Below, piece by piece: positions 55,555 to 64,000 of a stretch of 64,000 bases of DNA (the stretch's first letter is position 1; the number at the start of each line of letters is the position of its first letter). This stretch comes from an uncultured Gemmatimonadales bacterium (GTDB lineage: Bacteria > Gemmatimonadota > Gemmatimonadetes > Longimicrobiales > RSA9): positions 416,001-480,000 of the forward strand of contig CAVUKA010000005.1 of NCBI GenBank assembly GCA_963741945.1, written 5' to 3'. The translations under genes and the position numbers were made by a program. The notes beneath the pieces are model-generated. The model worked only from the letters and a program-made list of their open reading frames with translations. It made no database searches and had not been told where the DNA came from.

Positions 55555-56361
55555 TCAGTCGAGCACGATCGCGACGCCCGTGGCCGTGCGCACCAGCCGG
55601 GGCAGGATACGCGGGATCTCTGCCCGTTCCATGGAAGCCATCGCGGCCTCCACGGACGCGTACCCCGCCAGCGACTCCAGCGTTTTCACGGTGGGGAAGA
55701 CCATGGGCAGGCTGCCCCCATGGAACTGCTCCAGCGCATCGGCGGGTGACCGCCATGCCGCTTCGGTCATCTCGCGCGGGTCCGCCGTCGCTTCCCGCCC
55801 GACTGGCAGCGCCGCCGCGAAGAAGTGGGTGTCATACCGTCGCGGCTCGACAACGGGCGTGACCCAGTGGGCGATGTGGACCATGCCTCGGGCGTCGAGC
55901 GCCACGTCCAGGTCGTCGAGGACCTGGAGCAGCGTTGCACTCCCGTCCATCAGGCCGTGCCGCATGGCCTCGATCCGTCGATCCGAGAGAGCATCACCGG
56001 TCCACTCGCCGCCCTCGTGCCTCGCCAGCAGCACGCCGGTCTCCTCGAACAGCTCGCGGAGGGCCGCCACCCAGAACGCCGGCTCCGGCCGAATGGGCCT
56101 TCCCTCCAGGCCGCTCACACGATCATGAATCGCGGGAGCGGCGTCCGCCTTGTCCACCCGGCCGCCCGGGAAGACCCAGGCTCCCGGGACGAAGCCGCTG
56201 CTCTGGTGGCGCCGGAGCAGGAGAACTTCCAGACCGGACGGGCCGTCGCGCATGAGCACGACCGTGGCGGCGGGCCGCGGCGTTGCTGGCGGAGATGGCG
56301 GCCGGTCCACGGTGGCCGCAAAGCCTTCTGGCAGATTTTCGCTCGGGATCTCGAACATCAC
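55555..56361 (-). CDS. NUDIX hydrolase (Nudt19-like)
   Basis: PRPAATVVL, VFPGG, ALRELFEETG, WVTP..RRYDTHFF, FPT. Confidence 0.9.
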   Translation of the reverse strand: MMFEIPSENLPEGFAATVDRPPSPPATPRPAATVVLMRDGPSGLEVLLLRRHQSSGFVPGAWVFPGGRVDKADAAPAIHDRVSGLEGRPIRPEPAFWVAALRELFEETGVLLARHEGGEWTGDALSDRRIEAMRHGLMDGSATLLQVLDDLDVALDARGMVHIAHWVTPVVEPRRYDTHFFAAALPVGREATADPREMTEAAWRSPADALEQFHGGSLPMVFPTVKTLESLAGYASVEAAMASMERAEIPRILPRLVRTATGVAIVLD

Positions 56362-57206
56362 GCCTCGTTGTGACCGAGCGCGGTCACGTCCCGACCGCTC
56401 AACCCCGGTGGGCGGATCTCGGGCGCCCCGGACCGTGGCACTTCCGCGCTCCGCGCGAGCCCGCGCCCGTTCAGGACGTCATCCAGCTGACCCAGTACGT
56501 GCTGGCGGTAGCTCGAGCGCGCGGCGTTCCGGATGAACAGCGCGATCAACACGAGCCACATGCCGCTCATCACGTCGCCCTGGAACACTTCCCACAGGCC
56601 GTACGCGACCATCGCCATGGCCATCCACACGCCCACGCGCGACGCCCAGCGCGTCGCGCGAGTCACATCGCCGGTCGCCTTCCAGATGCCGGCGCGCAGG
56701 AGCCGGCCTCCATCCATGGGGAACCCGGGAATCAGGTTGAACGTGCCGAGCACGAGGTTCAGCGCCGTCATGTACCCCAGCACGCCCATGGCGGCCCCAG
56801 GCCAGTGCGCCTCGGCACCCAGCAGCCAGATCCCGAAGAAGGCGCCGGCCAGCCCGAAGCTGGCCAGCGGCCCCGCGCCCGCAATGACGAACTCCTCCGT
56901 GGGCGAGCGGCTGTCCCGCGCCGTCTGGGCCATCCCGCCGAAGAGAAAGAACGTGATGCGGCGCACCGGGATTCCCCGCCGCATCGCCACTAGCGAGTGC
57001 GCCAGCTCGTGGCCGAGGAGGGATGCGAAGAAGAGGAGCGTGATCCCCACCGCCATGATCAGGCGCTCCGCCGCTCCCACTCCCGGGAAGTCCACGGGTA
57101 GCGCGTTCGAATAGAGCGTCCAGGTCACGAGCGCGGCGATGATGAACCACGAGGGATGCACGCGCAGATCGATGCCGAACAAGCGTCCGATTTTGAAGCC
57201 GTCCAT
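56358..57206 (-). CDS. Site-2 protease (M50) without CBS domains
   Basis: HELAH, AGAGP, FNLIPGFPMDGGR. Confidence 0.93.
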   Translation of the reverse strand: MDGFKIGRLFGIDLRVHPSWFIIAALVTWTLYSNALPVDFPGVGAAERLIMAVGITLLFFASLLGHELAHSLVAMRRGIPVRRITFFLFGGMAQTARDSRSPTEEFVIAGAGPLASFGLAGAFFGIWLLGAEAHWPGAAMGVLGYMTALNLVLGTFNLIPGFPMDGGRLLRAGIWKATGDVTRATRWASRVGVWMAMAMVAYGLWEVFQGDVMSGMWLVLIALFIRNAARSSYRQHVLGQLDDVLNGRGLARSAEVPRSGAPEIRPPGLSGRDVTALGHNEA

Positions 57207-57362
57207 CCGTCTCCCTTTGGCGGCACTCGGGCCCGGGGATTGGGCAGGCCACCGGCCCGGGAGCTACCCGGTCACCGCTGCGGAGTTCCCCCTTCGGCCC
57301 GGTCTTCCGCGACCCGGCCGCCGGGGGGTCATGCGAGGAGCGGGCCAGCGGTCCCGGAGCGC

Positions 57363-58241
57363 TCAGGGGCCGATCAGGTCCACCCGGCGGTGCATCCTCG
57401 CCACCACGGGAATGGGTGGCGCGGCGCCCGCTTCCATCTGCAGCGTGCCCTCCAAGACGCCACTCTCGTCGCGGCCCACCAGCAGCATCCGCCCGGGGTC
57501 CCAGAGGGCGCTTCCAGTGCGGAAGCCCTCGAGATGCTGACGAACCTGGACGCCGCCCGACCAACCCGTCACTTCCACTCGGATCCTGGACCGTGTCCAC
57601 AGCCGGAGCACCCGTCGCGGGCCCAGCAGCGTGTCACCGACCAGCGCCGTCGTGGTCGCCTCCCACGTGGACGTTGTCGTGCCACCGGTGGACTCCCGCG
57701 TCGCCACCGTATCCTCCCACTCGTCCCCCACCACTGCGGTTCGCCCCGGAAGATGGATGAAGAAGAGCCGCGGCAGCCTTTCCGGCCCCGAGACATCACT
57801 GAACGCCAGGCTGAGCGACGGAGTGTCGAGCACGGTCACACCGCCCCGCGGCGTCACCGAGAGCTCGAACGGTCCCTCCACATCGGAATCCACAACGGAC
57901 GCCCCACCCCGCGCCGGGGCCGAGAAGCCGCCCCTCAGGCGTGGGAAGCGGACGGTCACGGCAAGTCCGGCGGGCGTCTCGTGGAAGGCGAGCTCGGCCG
58001 TTCCCGCCAGCGCCGTCGTGGGTCGCATGGTCCCCATCGCGCCCGTGTCGAACGAGAAGGCCGTGGTGTCGGCGAACGCATACACCGCCGTGCCGACCTC
58101 GGGCGTACCGTAGGCCAGCGGGCGCGGCGCCGGGGCTGCGGGCGGCGAAGAGCAGGCGGAGAGGGCTCCGACCAGCGCGAGGGCCACCGGTGCGGCCGGC
58201 CGCCGCGCGCGCCGGTCGAACCCTCTCCGGCCGGGGATCAC
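57363..58241 (-). CDS. Hypothetical lipoprotein (beta-rich)
   Basis: LSAC lipobox; GTGA-coupled to the DUF4097 gene. Confidence 0.75.
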   Translation of the reverse strand: MIPGRRGFDRRARRPAAPVALALVGALSACSSPPAAPAPRPLAYGTPEVGTAVYAFADTTAFSFDTGAMGTMRPTTALAGTAELAFHETPAGLAVTVRFPRLRGGFSAPARGGASVVDSDVEGPFELSVTPRGGVTVLDTPSLSLAFSDVSGPERLPRLFFIHLPGRTAVVGDEWEDTVATRESTGGTTTSTWEATTTALVGDTLLGPRRVLRLWTRSRIRVEVTGWSGGVQVRQHLEGFRTGSALWDPGRMLLVGRDESGVLEGTLQMEAGAAPPIPVVARMHRRVDLIGP

Positions 58242-59293
58242 ATTCCCCGGATTCGCACGGAGCCCGATCCGGTATCGATCTCGATGGAGCCACGGCCGTC
58301 GCCGATGGTCCCATCGAGCTCGTCCCGCGCGTGATGCGTGATCGTGAGGGGGACGTCCACATGGATCCCGCCACTCCCCGTCTCGACGTGCAGGCGCGCC
58401 CCGACGTCCTGCGCCAGGCGCAGCACGACGCTCCCCGAACCCGTGTCCACCACCAGCCGGTCCACGTCCTTCGTCAGTTCCGCCTCCACCGAGCCGCTGC
58501 CGGTGTCCAGCGCGAGATCGGACGCGGTGGCGGACAGAAGGGTGATGCCGCCGGAGCCGGTGTCGATCTCGAGCGAGCGCGAGGCGACGTCTCGGGCATC
58601 CACGCTCCCCGACCCGGTGTCGATGCGCAGCGCGTCCGCGGTCACGCCCACCACCCGCACCCCACCCGACCCCGTGTCCACGTCGAGGTCGCCGGCCATC
58701 CCATCCACGTCCACGCTGCCGGAGCCCGTATCGATCACCAGGCGCCCCGACATGTCGCTGGCGGACACGGCTCCCGCCGACGTGTCCAGGCGAAGGTCGC
58801 CATCCACGTTCTCCGCGGTGATCCGGCCCACGCCCAGATAGATATCCACGCGCTGACCGCGAGGAATTCCGACGGTCAGATCGGCATGTGCGTCCAGCCC
58901 GCCCGGCCGCGTGGAAATGCGGACGCGTTCGCCGCCCCTGTCCCGGTCACCCCACGTGCCGTCTCTGCGGACCCGGAGCGTTGTGCTGCCGTTCCAGCCA
59001 TCGGGATCATAGTGGACGCGGTCGGAAGGATAGACCACTCGCAGCGTCTGCCTTCCGCCCACGTCGCCCGTCCGGATCTCGAGCTGGTCGGCGTCGGCGC
59101 CGGCCCGGGTGACCGCCACGGTCACGGCAGAGCCGCCGGTGGCCGCCACCTGGAGCTGGCCGGCCAGGTTGAACACGGCCACATGCTCGCCGCTCACCTG
59201 GTAGCCCTCCTGGGCCGAAGCGGCGGCAGGATGGGCCAGGGCAATGAACAGGAAGGCGGCCGTCGCGGCCGCGAGATCGTGAGCTTGATTCAT
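58238..59293 (-). CDS. DUF4097 beta-strand repeat (putative adhesin) protein
   Basis: Signal peptide; multiple DTGSG repeats. Confidence 0.88.
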   Translation of the reverse strand: MNQAHDLAAATAAFLFIALAHPAAASAQEGYQVSGEHVAVFNLAGQLQVAATGGSAVTVAVTRAGADADQLEIRTGDVGGRQTLRVVYPSDRVHYDPDGWNGSTTLRVRRDGTWGDRDRGGERVRISTRPGGLDAHADLTVGIPRGQRVDIYLGVGRITAENVDGDLRLDTSAGAVSASDMSGRLVIDTGSGSVDVDGMAGDLDVDTGSGGVRVVGVTADALRIDTGSGSVDARDVASRSLEIDTGSGGITLLSATASDLALDTGSGSVEAELTKDVDRLVVDTGSGSVVLRLAQDVGARLHVETGSGGIHVDVPLTITHHARDELDGTIGDGRGSIEIDTGSGSVRIRGM

Positions 59294-59426
59294 GAAGTGT
59301 TCTCGGCAAGGGTGCACGGGTGACGCTTCCCTTCCGTTCGATGGCGCGATCGCCTCGTTGGTTGGGAAGCGCCCCCGCGTCCACTACGCAGGCAGTGCCG
59401 CCGCGGGTTTCGCTTCGAGGCGGTTC

Positions 59427-60089
59427 CTACTCGATCTCGCTCACGTGATCGATGACCTTGCCCACTAGCCCGTAGTCCACGGCCTCCGCGGCGCTCAGCC
59501 AGAAGTTGCGGTGCGTGTCATCCACGATCCGCTCCAGCGGCTGGCCGGTCTGCTCGGAGAAGACGCGGTTCAGACGCCCTCGCATCTTCAGGATCTCCTT
59601 CGCCTCGATCTCCACGTCCGCCGCCGTGCCCCGCGCGCCGCCGGCCGGCTGGTGCAGCAGGAATCGTGTGTTCGGCAGTGAGAACCGCCGCTCCCGAGGC
59701 ACGGCCACGTAGATGAGCGCGCCCGCGCTGGCCACCCAGCCCGTGCCCACCATGCGCACGGGCGAGCGGATGAAACGGATCATGTCGTGGATGGTGTCAC
59801 CGGACTCCACGTGTCCGCCCTGGGAGTTGATGAAGACCGTGATCGGGGCTTCGGATTCCGCGTCGAGCGCCAGCATCTGCCCCATCACTTCCGCTGCCAG
59901 CTTCTGGTTCACCTCACCGCTGATGATCAGCGTGCGGGCCCGGAACAACCGGTTGCGGATGCTGTCCGTCCAACGGCTCGCGGTAGGACGGGGGCTCTCT
60001 TCTTCCTCTTCCTCGGGCGGCTGCGTTCCGGGCTCGCCCGGCTGCTGCGCGCCTTCCAGCAGGTCCTGCTCGTATCCGTCGCTCGGCAT
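59427..60089 (-). CDS. clpP: ATP-dependent Clp protease proteolytic subunit
   Basis: INSQGG, VASAG (Ser), LLHQP (His), AVDYGLV; third triad position is Asn. Confidence 0.94.
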   Translation of the reverse strand: MPSDGYEQDLLEGAQQPGEPGTQPPEEEEEESPRPTASRWTDSIRNRLFRARTLIISGEVNQKLAAEVMGQMLALDAESEAPITVFINSQGGHVESGDTIHDMIRFIRSPVRMVGTGWVASAGALIYVAVPRERRFSLPNTRFLLHQPAGGARGTAADVEIEAKEILKMRGRLNRVFSEQTGQPLERIVDDTHRNFWLSAAEAVDYGLVGKVIDHVSEIE

Positions 60090-60178
60090 TCCGATACCTC
60101 TTCCTTCCTTGAGTTCCGGCGCGGGCCCCCCGCGCCACCCGGCCCCGGCCATCGGCTCGGGCCCGGCCGTCTCGTGGT

Positions 60179-61855
60179 CTACTCCTGCTCCTGCATGGGC
60201 AGGCGGACGCCCCGCTCACGCGCCGTCTCCAGCGCGGCCTCGTAGCCGGCGTCCGCGTGTCTCGCGACACCGATGCCCGGATCGTTCGTCAGCACTCGCT
60301 CCAGCCGGACGCGCATTTCCGGGGTCCCGTCGGCCACGATGACCTGCCCCGCATGGAGCGCGTTGCCGATGCCGACGCCGCCGCCGTGATGAAAGCTGAC
60401 CCAGCTCGCCCCACTGGCGGTGTTCAGCAGTGCATTGAGGATCGGCCAGTCCGCCACCGCGTCCGTCCCATCCTTCATGGACTCCGTTTCCCGGAACGGG
60501 CTTGCCACGGAACCGGTGTCCAGGTGGTCGCGCCCGATCACAATGGGCGCTTTCAGCTCTCCGCTCGCAACCAGGTCGTTCAGTGCGACGCCGAAGCGGG
60601 CCCGCTCGCCCAGACCAAGCCAGCAGATGCGACTCGGAAGCCCCTGGAACTGCACCTTCTCACGCGCTTTCCGGATCCAGCGCGCCAGGTGCTCGTCCTC
60701 CGGGAACAGCTCCAGCACCAGCTCGTCCGTACGGTAGATGTCCGCCGGGTCGCCCGACAACGCCGCCCAGCGGAACGGACCCTTCCCCTCGCAGAACAGC
60801 GGCCGCACGTAGGCAGGCACGAACCCCGGAAAGGCGAACGCGTCGGCGTAGCCGGCGTCCTTCGCCTGACCGCGGAGGTTGTTCCCGTAGTCGAAGGTGA
60901 TGGCGCCGAGGTTCATGAGATCCACCATCGCCCGGCAGTGGATGGCCATGCTCTCCATTGAGCGACGGCGGTATTCCTCCGGATCCCCCTCCCGGAGCGC
61001 GTCCGCCTCCTCAAGCGTGAGCCCGGCCGGGACGTACCCGTTCAGCTCGTCGTGGGCGCTGGTCTGGTCCGTGAGGACATCCGGAACCACGCCCCGACGC
61101 GCGATCTCGGGGAGCACCTCCGCGCAGTTCCCCACCAGCCCGACGCTCACCGACTCTCCGCGCCTCGCGGCCCCCGTCACCCACTCCAGCGCCTCGTCCA
61201 GGTCGTGCGTCATCCGGTCGCAGTAGCCGGTGTCCAGGCGACGCTGAATCCGGCCCGGATCGACTTCCACCACCAGGATGGAGCCCTCGTTCATGGTGGC
61301 CGCGAGCGGCTGCGCGCCACCCATGCCGCCCATGCCGCCGGTCAGCACCCACTTCCCTTTCAGTGAGCCATCGAAATGCTGGCGCGCCAGCGCGCCGAAC
61401 GTCTCGTAGGTCCCCTGCAGGATCCCCTGGGTGCCGATGTATATCCAGGAGCCGGCGGTCATCTGCCCGAACATGATCAGGCCCTTCCGCTCGAGCTCGC
61501 GGAAATGGTCCCAGGTGGCCCAGCGGCCCACCAGGTTGGCGTTCGCGATCAGGACCCGCGGCGCGTGCTCATGCGTCCGGAACACCCCCACCGGCTTCCC
61601 GGACTGCACCAGGAGGGTCTCGTCGTTCTCCAGGCGACGCAGGGTGGCCACGATGGCGTCGAACGCCTCCCAGCTCCGGGCAGCCCGCCCCGTCCCGCCA
61701 TAGACCACCAGCTCATCCGGCCGCTCCGCCACGTCCGGATCCAGGTTGTTCATCAGCATCCGCAGCGCCGCCTCCTGCTGCCAGCCCTTGCAGGAGATCT
61801 CCGTGCCGCGTGGCGCGCGGACCGTGCGCGCACCCTTCACCGTACCTGTAGCCAT
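60179..61855 (-). CDS. hutU: Urocanate hydratase
   Basis: [46 protein letters not shown]. Confidence 0.98.
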   Translation of the reverse strand: MATGTVKGARTVRAPRGTEISCKGWQQEAALRMLMNNLDPDVAERPDELVVYGGTGRAARSWEAFDAIVATLRRLENDETLLVQSGKPVGVFRTHEHAPRVLIANANLVGRWATWDHFRELERKGLIMFGQMTAGSWIYIGTQGILQGTYETFGALARQHFDGSLKGKWVLTGGMGGMGGAQPLAATMNEGSILVVEVDPGRIQRRLDTGYCDRMTHDLDEALEWVTGAARRGESVSVGLVGNCAEVLPEIARRGVVPDVLTDQTSAHDELNGYVPAGLTLEEADALREGDPEEYRRRSMESMAIHCRAMVDLMNLGAITFDYGNNLRGQAKDAGYADAFAFPGFVPAYVRPLFCEGKGPFRWAALSGDPADIYRTDELVLELFPEDEHLARWIRKAREKVQFQGLPSRICWLGLGERARFGVALNDLVASGELKAPIVIGRDHLDTGSVASPFRETESMKDGTDAVADWPILNALLNTASGASWVSFHHGGGVGIGNALHAGQVIVADGTPEMRVRLERVLTNDPGIGVARHADAGYEAALETARERGVRLPMQEQE

Positions 61856-62015
61856 CTGTTCCGCCTCGTGTGTTCTCCGCCAGATCCGATTCCAGCTCCC
61901 GCGCTTCACCGGCTCCCCGAGAGGATGGCCCGCCGCACCCGCCCCCGGCAAGTGCCCGCCCCCCCTCGTGAGATCATGAGATCAGGCCCGTGTGCCGGGC
62001 CCCCGGTCCGCGCCG

Positions 62016-63209
62016 TCAGACATCGCTCGTCATGATGAACACCGGTTGCCGGTTGAACGTGTGATAGATCGGGCGCAGCCGGTCCGTGTTGTAGTGGCGG
62101 TCCACGTCCACCACCTTCTTCCGCCCGACCACCACGTCGATCGGCACGTTGTCATACGCGCCGTTGCGAACGCTCACGAGCCGCCCGGACTTCCTCGCCA
62201 GCACGAGATCCAGGGCCAGGTTGCCGAACGCCATGGGGACAATGGAGTCCATGGCGTCCGGCTCGCCACTCCGGACCAGATACCCCAGGCGCTGGTTCAC
62301 CACGTTGACGCGATCGCCGTTGTTGAAGCGGGCCGAGCGGTCCTTGAGCTCCGCCGCCACGATGTCGCCGATTCCCCCCAGCTTCCTGTGCCCGAACATG
62401 TCCGGCTCCGCCCCCTCGAACTGCATCTCCCCGCCGCCGATCGTGGCGCCCTCCGAGATCAGGACCACGGAGTACCGTGACGGGTGGCGGTTGCGGTCGT
62501 AGACCATCAATTCCGTGAGCTGGTCGATGTCGAACGGGTGTTCCGGGATCACGCACCGATCCGCCGCGCCCGCCATGGTGGGGAGCAGCGCCGTGAACCC
62601 CGCGTATCGTCCGAATACCTCGATCACCAGGAAACGCTCGTGGGAGCCCGCGGACGTGCGCAGCCGGTGGGTCAGCTCGATGGTCCGCGTAACGCACGTG
62701 CTGAACCCGATGCAGTAGTCCGTCCCTGGAACGTCGTTGTCCATGGTCTTCGGGATCGCCACCACGCGCACGCCCTCGCGGTGCAGCCGGTGGGCGTAGC
62801 TGAGCGTGTCATCCCCGCCAATGGCGATGAGCATGTCCACCCCCAGCCACTCCAGGTTGTCCAGCACGATCGGGGTCGCGTCGTTCACTTCCTCCGTAAG
62901 GCGGTCCCGAAGGTGCTGCGGCACCAGCGTCCGGGGTAGATGGCTCGGCCGCGTCCGGGACGTGTGGAGGAACGTGCCTCCCGTTCGCCCCGCACGGTTC
63001 ACCACCTCCTCCGTCAGCGTCTGGACGCTCGCGCTGTTGTCCGCGTCCCCCTCCCGCCTCAGGTCCACGAGCCCCGCCCATCCCCGCCGGATCCCCAGCA
63101 CGCGGTAGCCTTCCCTCAAAGCCCGGATCGTGATCGCCCGGATCGCCGGATTCAGACCGGGGACGTCGCCGCCGCCGGTCAGGATGCCGATGGTGCCCCG
63201 CTTGCTCAC
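62016..63209 (-). CDS. pfkA: 6-phosphofructokinase, probably PPi-dependent
   Basis: TGGGDVPGLN, GGTFL..SR, GGDDT, PKTMDND, EVFGR, LGYLVR; GTG start with AGGAG SD. Confidence 0.93.
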   Translation of the reverse strand: MSKRGTIGILTGGGDVPGLNPAIRAITIRALREGYRVLGIRRGWAGLVDLRREGDADNSASVQTLTEEVVNRAGRTGGTFLHTSRTRPSHLPRTLVPQHLRDRLTEEVNDATPIVLDNLEWLGVDMLIAIGGDDTLSYAHRLHREGVRVVAIPKTMDNDVPGTDYCIGFSTCVTRTIELTHRLRTSAGSHERFLVIEVFGRYAGFTALLPTMAGAADRCVIPEHPFDIDQLTELMVYDRNRHPSRYSVVLISEGATIGGGEMQFEGAEPDMFGHRKLGGIGDIVAAELKDRSARFNNGDRVNVVNQRLGYLVRSGEPDAMDSIVPMAFGNLALDLVLARKSGRLVSVRNGAYDNVPIDVVVGRKKVVDVDRHYNTDRLRPIYHTFNRQPVFIMTSDV

Positions 63210-63315
63210 ATTCCACTCCTGTCTCCTGGTCCGCGTGGTGCACCTTCGCCTCGGCTTCCGCATCGGCCCCCAGCCCGCGGCCCGCGGCCCGCGGCGAGCG
63301 CGTCGACCCGGGCGG

Positions 63316-63759
63316 TCAGCGCGGCTCGCGCGGCAGGAGCCGGCGACCGAGCCGGTGGAGCAGGACCACCAGGAGGGCGGCCGCGACCGCAACGATCAGG
63401 AAAGCCAGCCAGCGCCGGTGCACCCAGTCCATATGGTTCAGGTCCATGGGCGTGGTCATGACGAACCACGTGATGAGGCCCAGATCCGTGATGGCCAGCC
63501 GGGTGGCGTAGAATGCCGTCCACCGGGGCCACAGCACCGTCAGCACCACCGCCAGCTCCATGGCGCTGAACACCACGGACGTCACGAAAGTGCGGGGCGA
63601 CGGGATGGCCACCATGCGCTCCTGCTCCAGGCGCTCCGGCGACGGCACCGTGGTCATCGCCTGCCACATGAGCCACACCACCACGACCCAGCTGCCGATC
63701 AGCAGCAGCCAGAAGACCATGCGCGCCAGCCGCGGCGGCCCGGACCTGGTCGAAGCCAT
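63316..63759 (-). CDS. Hypothetical 4-TM membrane protein
   Basis: Hydrophobic segments; start at 63759 or GTG 63768. Confidence 0.7.
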   Translation of the reverse strand: MASTRSGPPRLARMVFWLLLIGSWVVVVWLMWQAMTTVPSPERLEQERMVAIPSPRTFVTSVVFSAMELAVVLTVLWPRWTAFYATRLAITDLGLITWFVMTTPMDLNHMDWVHRRWLAFLIVAVAAALLVVLLHRLGRRLLPREPR

Positions 63760-63764
63760 GATCG

Positions 63765-63998
63765 TCACCGCCCGCCCGGCACCGCCCTCAGGAACCGCTT
63801 CGCCACCGTGATCAGGCGATCGTCCTGCTCTCGCAGCGGCCGCTCCCGCTCCTTCTCCAGCAGACGCTCCACGTGCGGGCGCAGCTGTGGCGATCCCCAC
63901 CGGTAGCCAGTTGCCTCTTCGGCACTCCTCGTGTCCCCTTCCCTCGCCGCCTCCAACATGGCGAACGCGGCCGCAGCGTCGTAGCCGGGGTCGTCCAG
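63765..63998 (-). CDS. C-terminal part of an unidentified protein (runs off the window)
   Basis: Open frame from the window edge: LDDPGYDAAAAFAMLEAAR...; stop overlaps the next gene's possible GTG. Confidence 0.55.
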   Translation of the reverse strand: MDDPGYDAAAAFAMLEAAREGDTRSAEEATGYRWGSPQLRPHVERLLEKERERPLREQDDRLITVAKRFLRAVPGGR

Positions 63999-64000
63999 GG

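Noticed and set aside
1-64000. Prophage, defence island, transposase, tRNA or rRNA genes
   Set aside because: No supporting ORFs or RNA signatures recognised; composition is uniform apart from short patches.

Overview
This is a high-GC (about 70%), gene-dense chromosomal window of mostly housekeeping and accessory metabolic genes. The gene repertoire and style suggest Gemmatimonadota (Longimicrobiales-like), which is an inference. In order it contains: the end of copA plus copZ; an M1 peptidase; a sugar ABC transporter with two six-hairpin glycosidases; msrB, a cupin and an ANT(6)-like nucleotidyltransferase; an acyl-CoA ligase; a DapB-like/BstA/DinB/ADH/FKBP/SIMPL/TipA run; M28 and S9 peptidases; DUF892; a membrane protein-wHTH regulator-UppS operon; serB/aminotransferase/serA; nadC-nadA; MscS, patatin and DmpA; a caa3-type oxidase operon; M23; thyX; DUF885; PAS-GGDEF-EAL; hsp20; udk; a MoxR/ChlI-like AAA ATPase; NUDIX; a site-2 protease; DUF4097; clpP; hutU; and a PPi-type pfk. 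I saw no rRNA, tRNA, CRISPR array, transposase, integrase or phage genes. Four things stand out. (1) A ~134-bp palindromic MITE-like element sits in frame inside the ABC permease gene (6742-6875). (2) A sigma70-type promoter with no downstream gene is followed by a ~280-nt highly structured candidate ncRNA (46097-46381), and it shares a GTGTAGG-N4/5-ACCC motif with the oxidase promoter. (3) The oxidase has lost Mg-site ligands in both subunits I and II. (4) A TipA-like locus keeps its MerR promoter and a possible internal start. All calls come from manual reading and motif recognition; no database searches were run.
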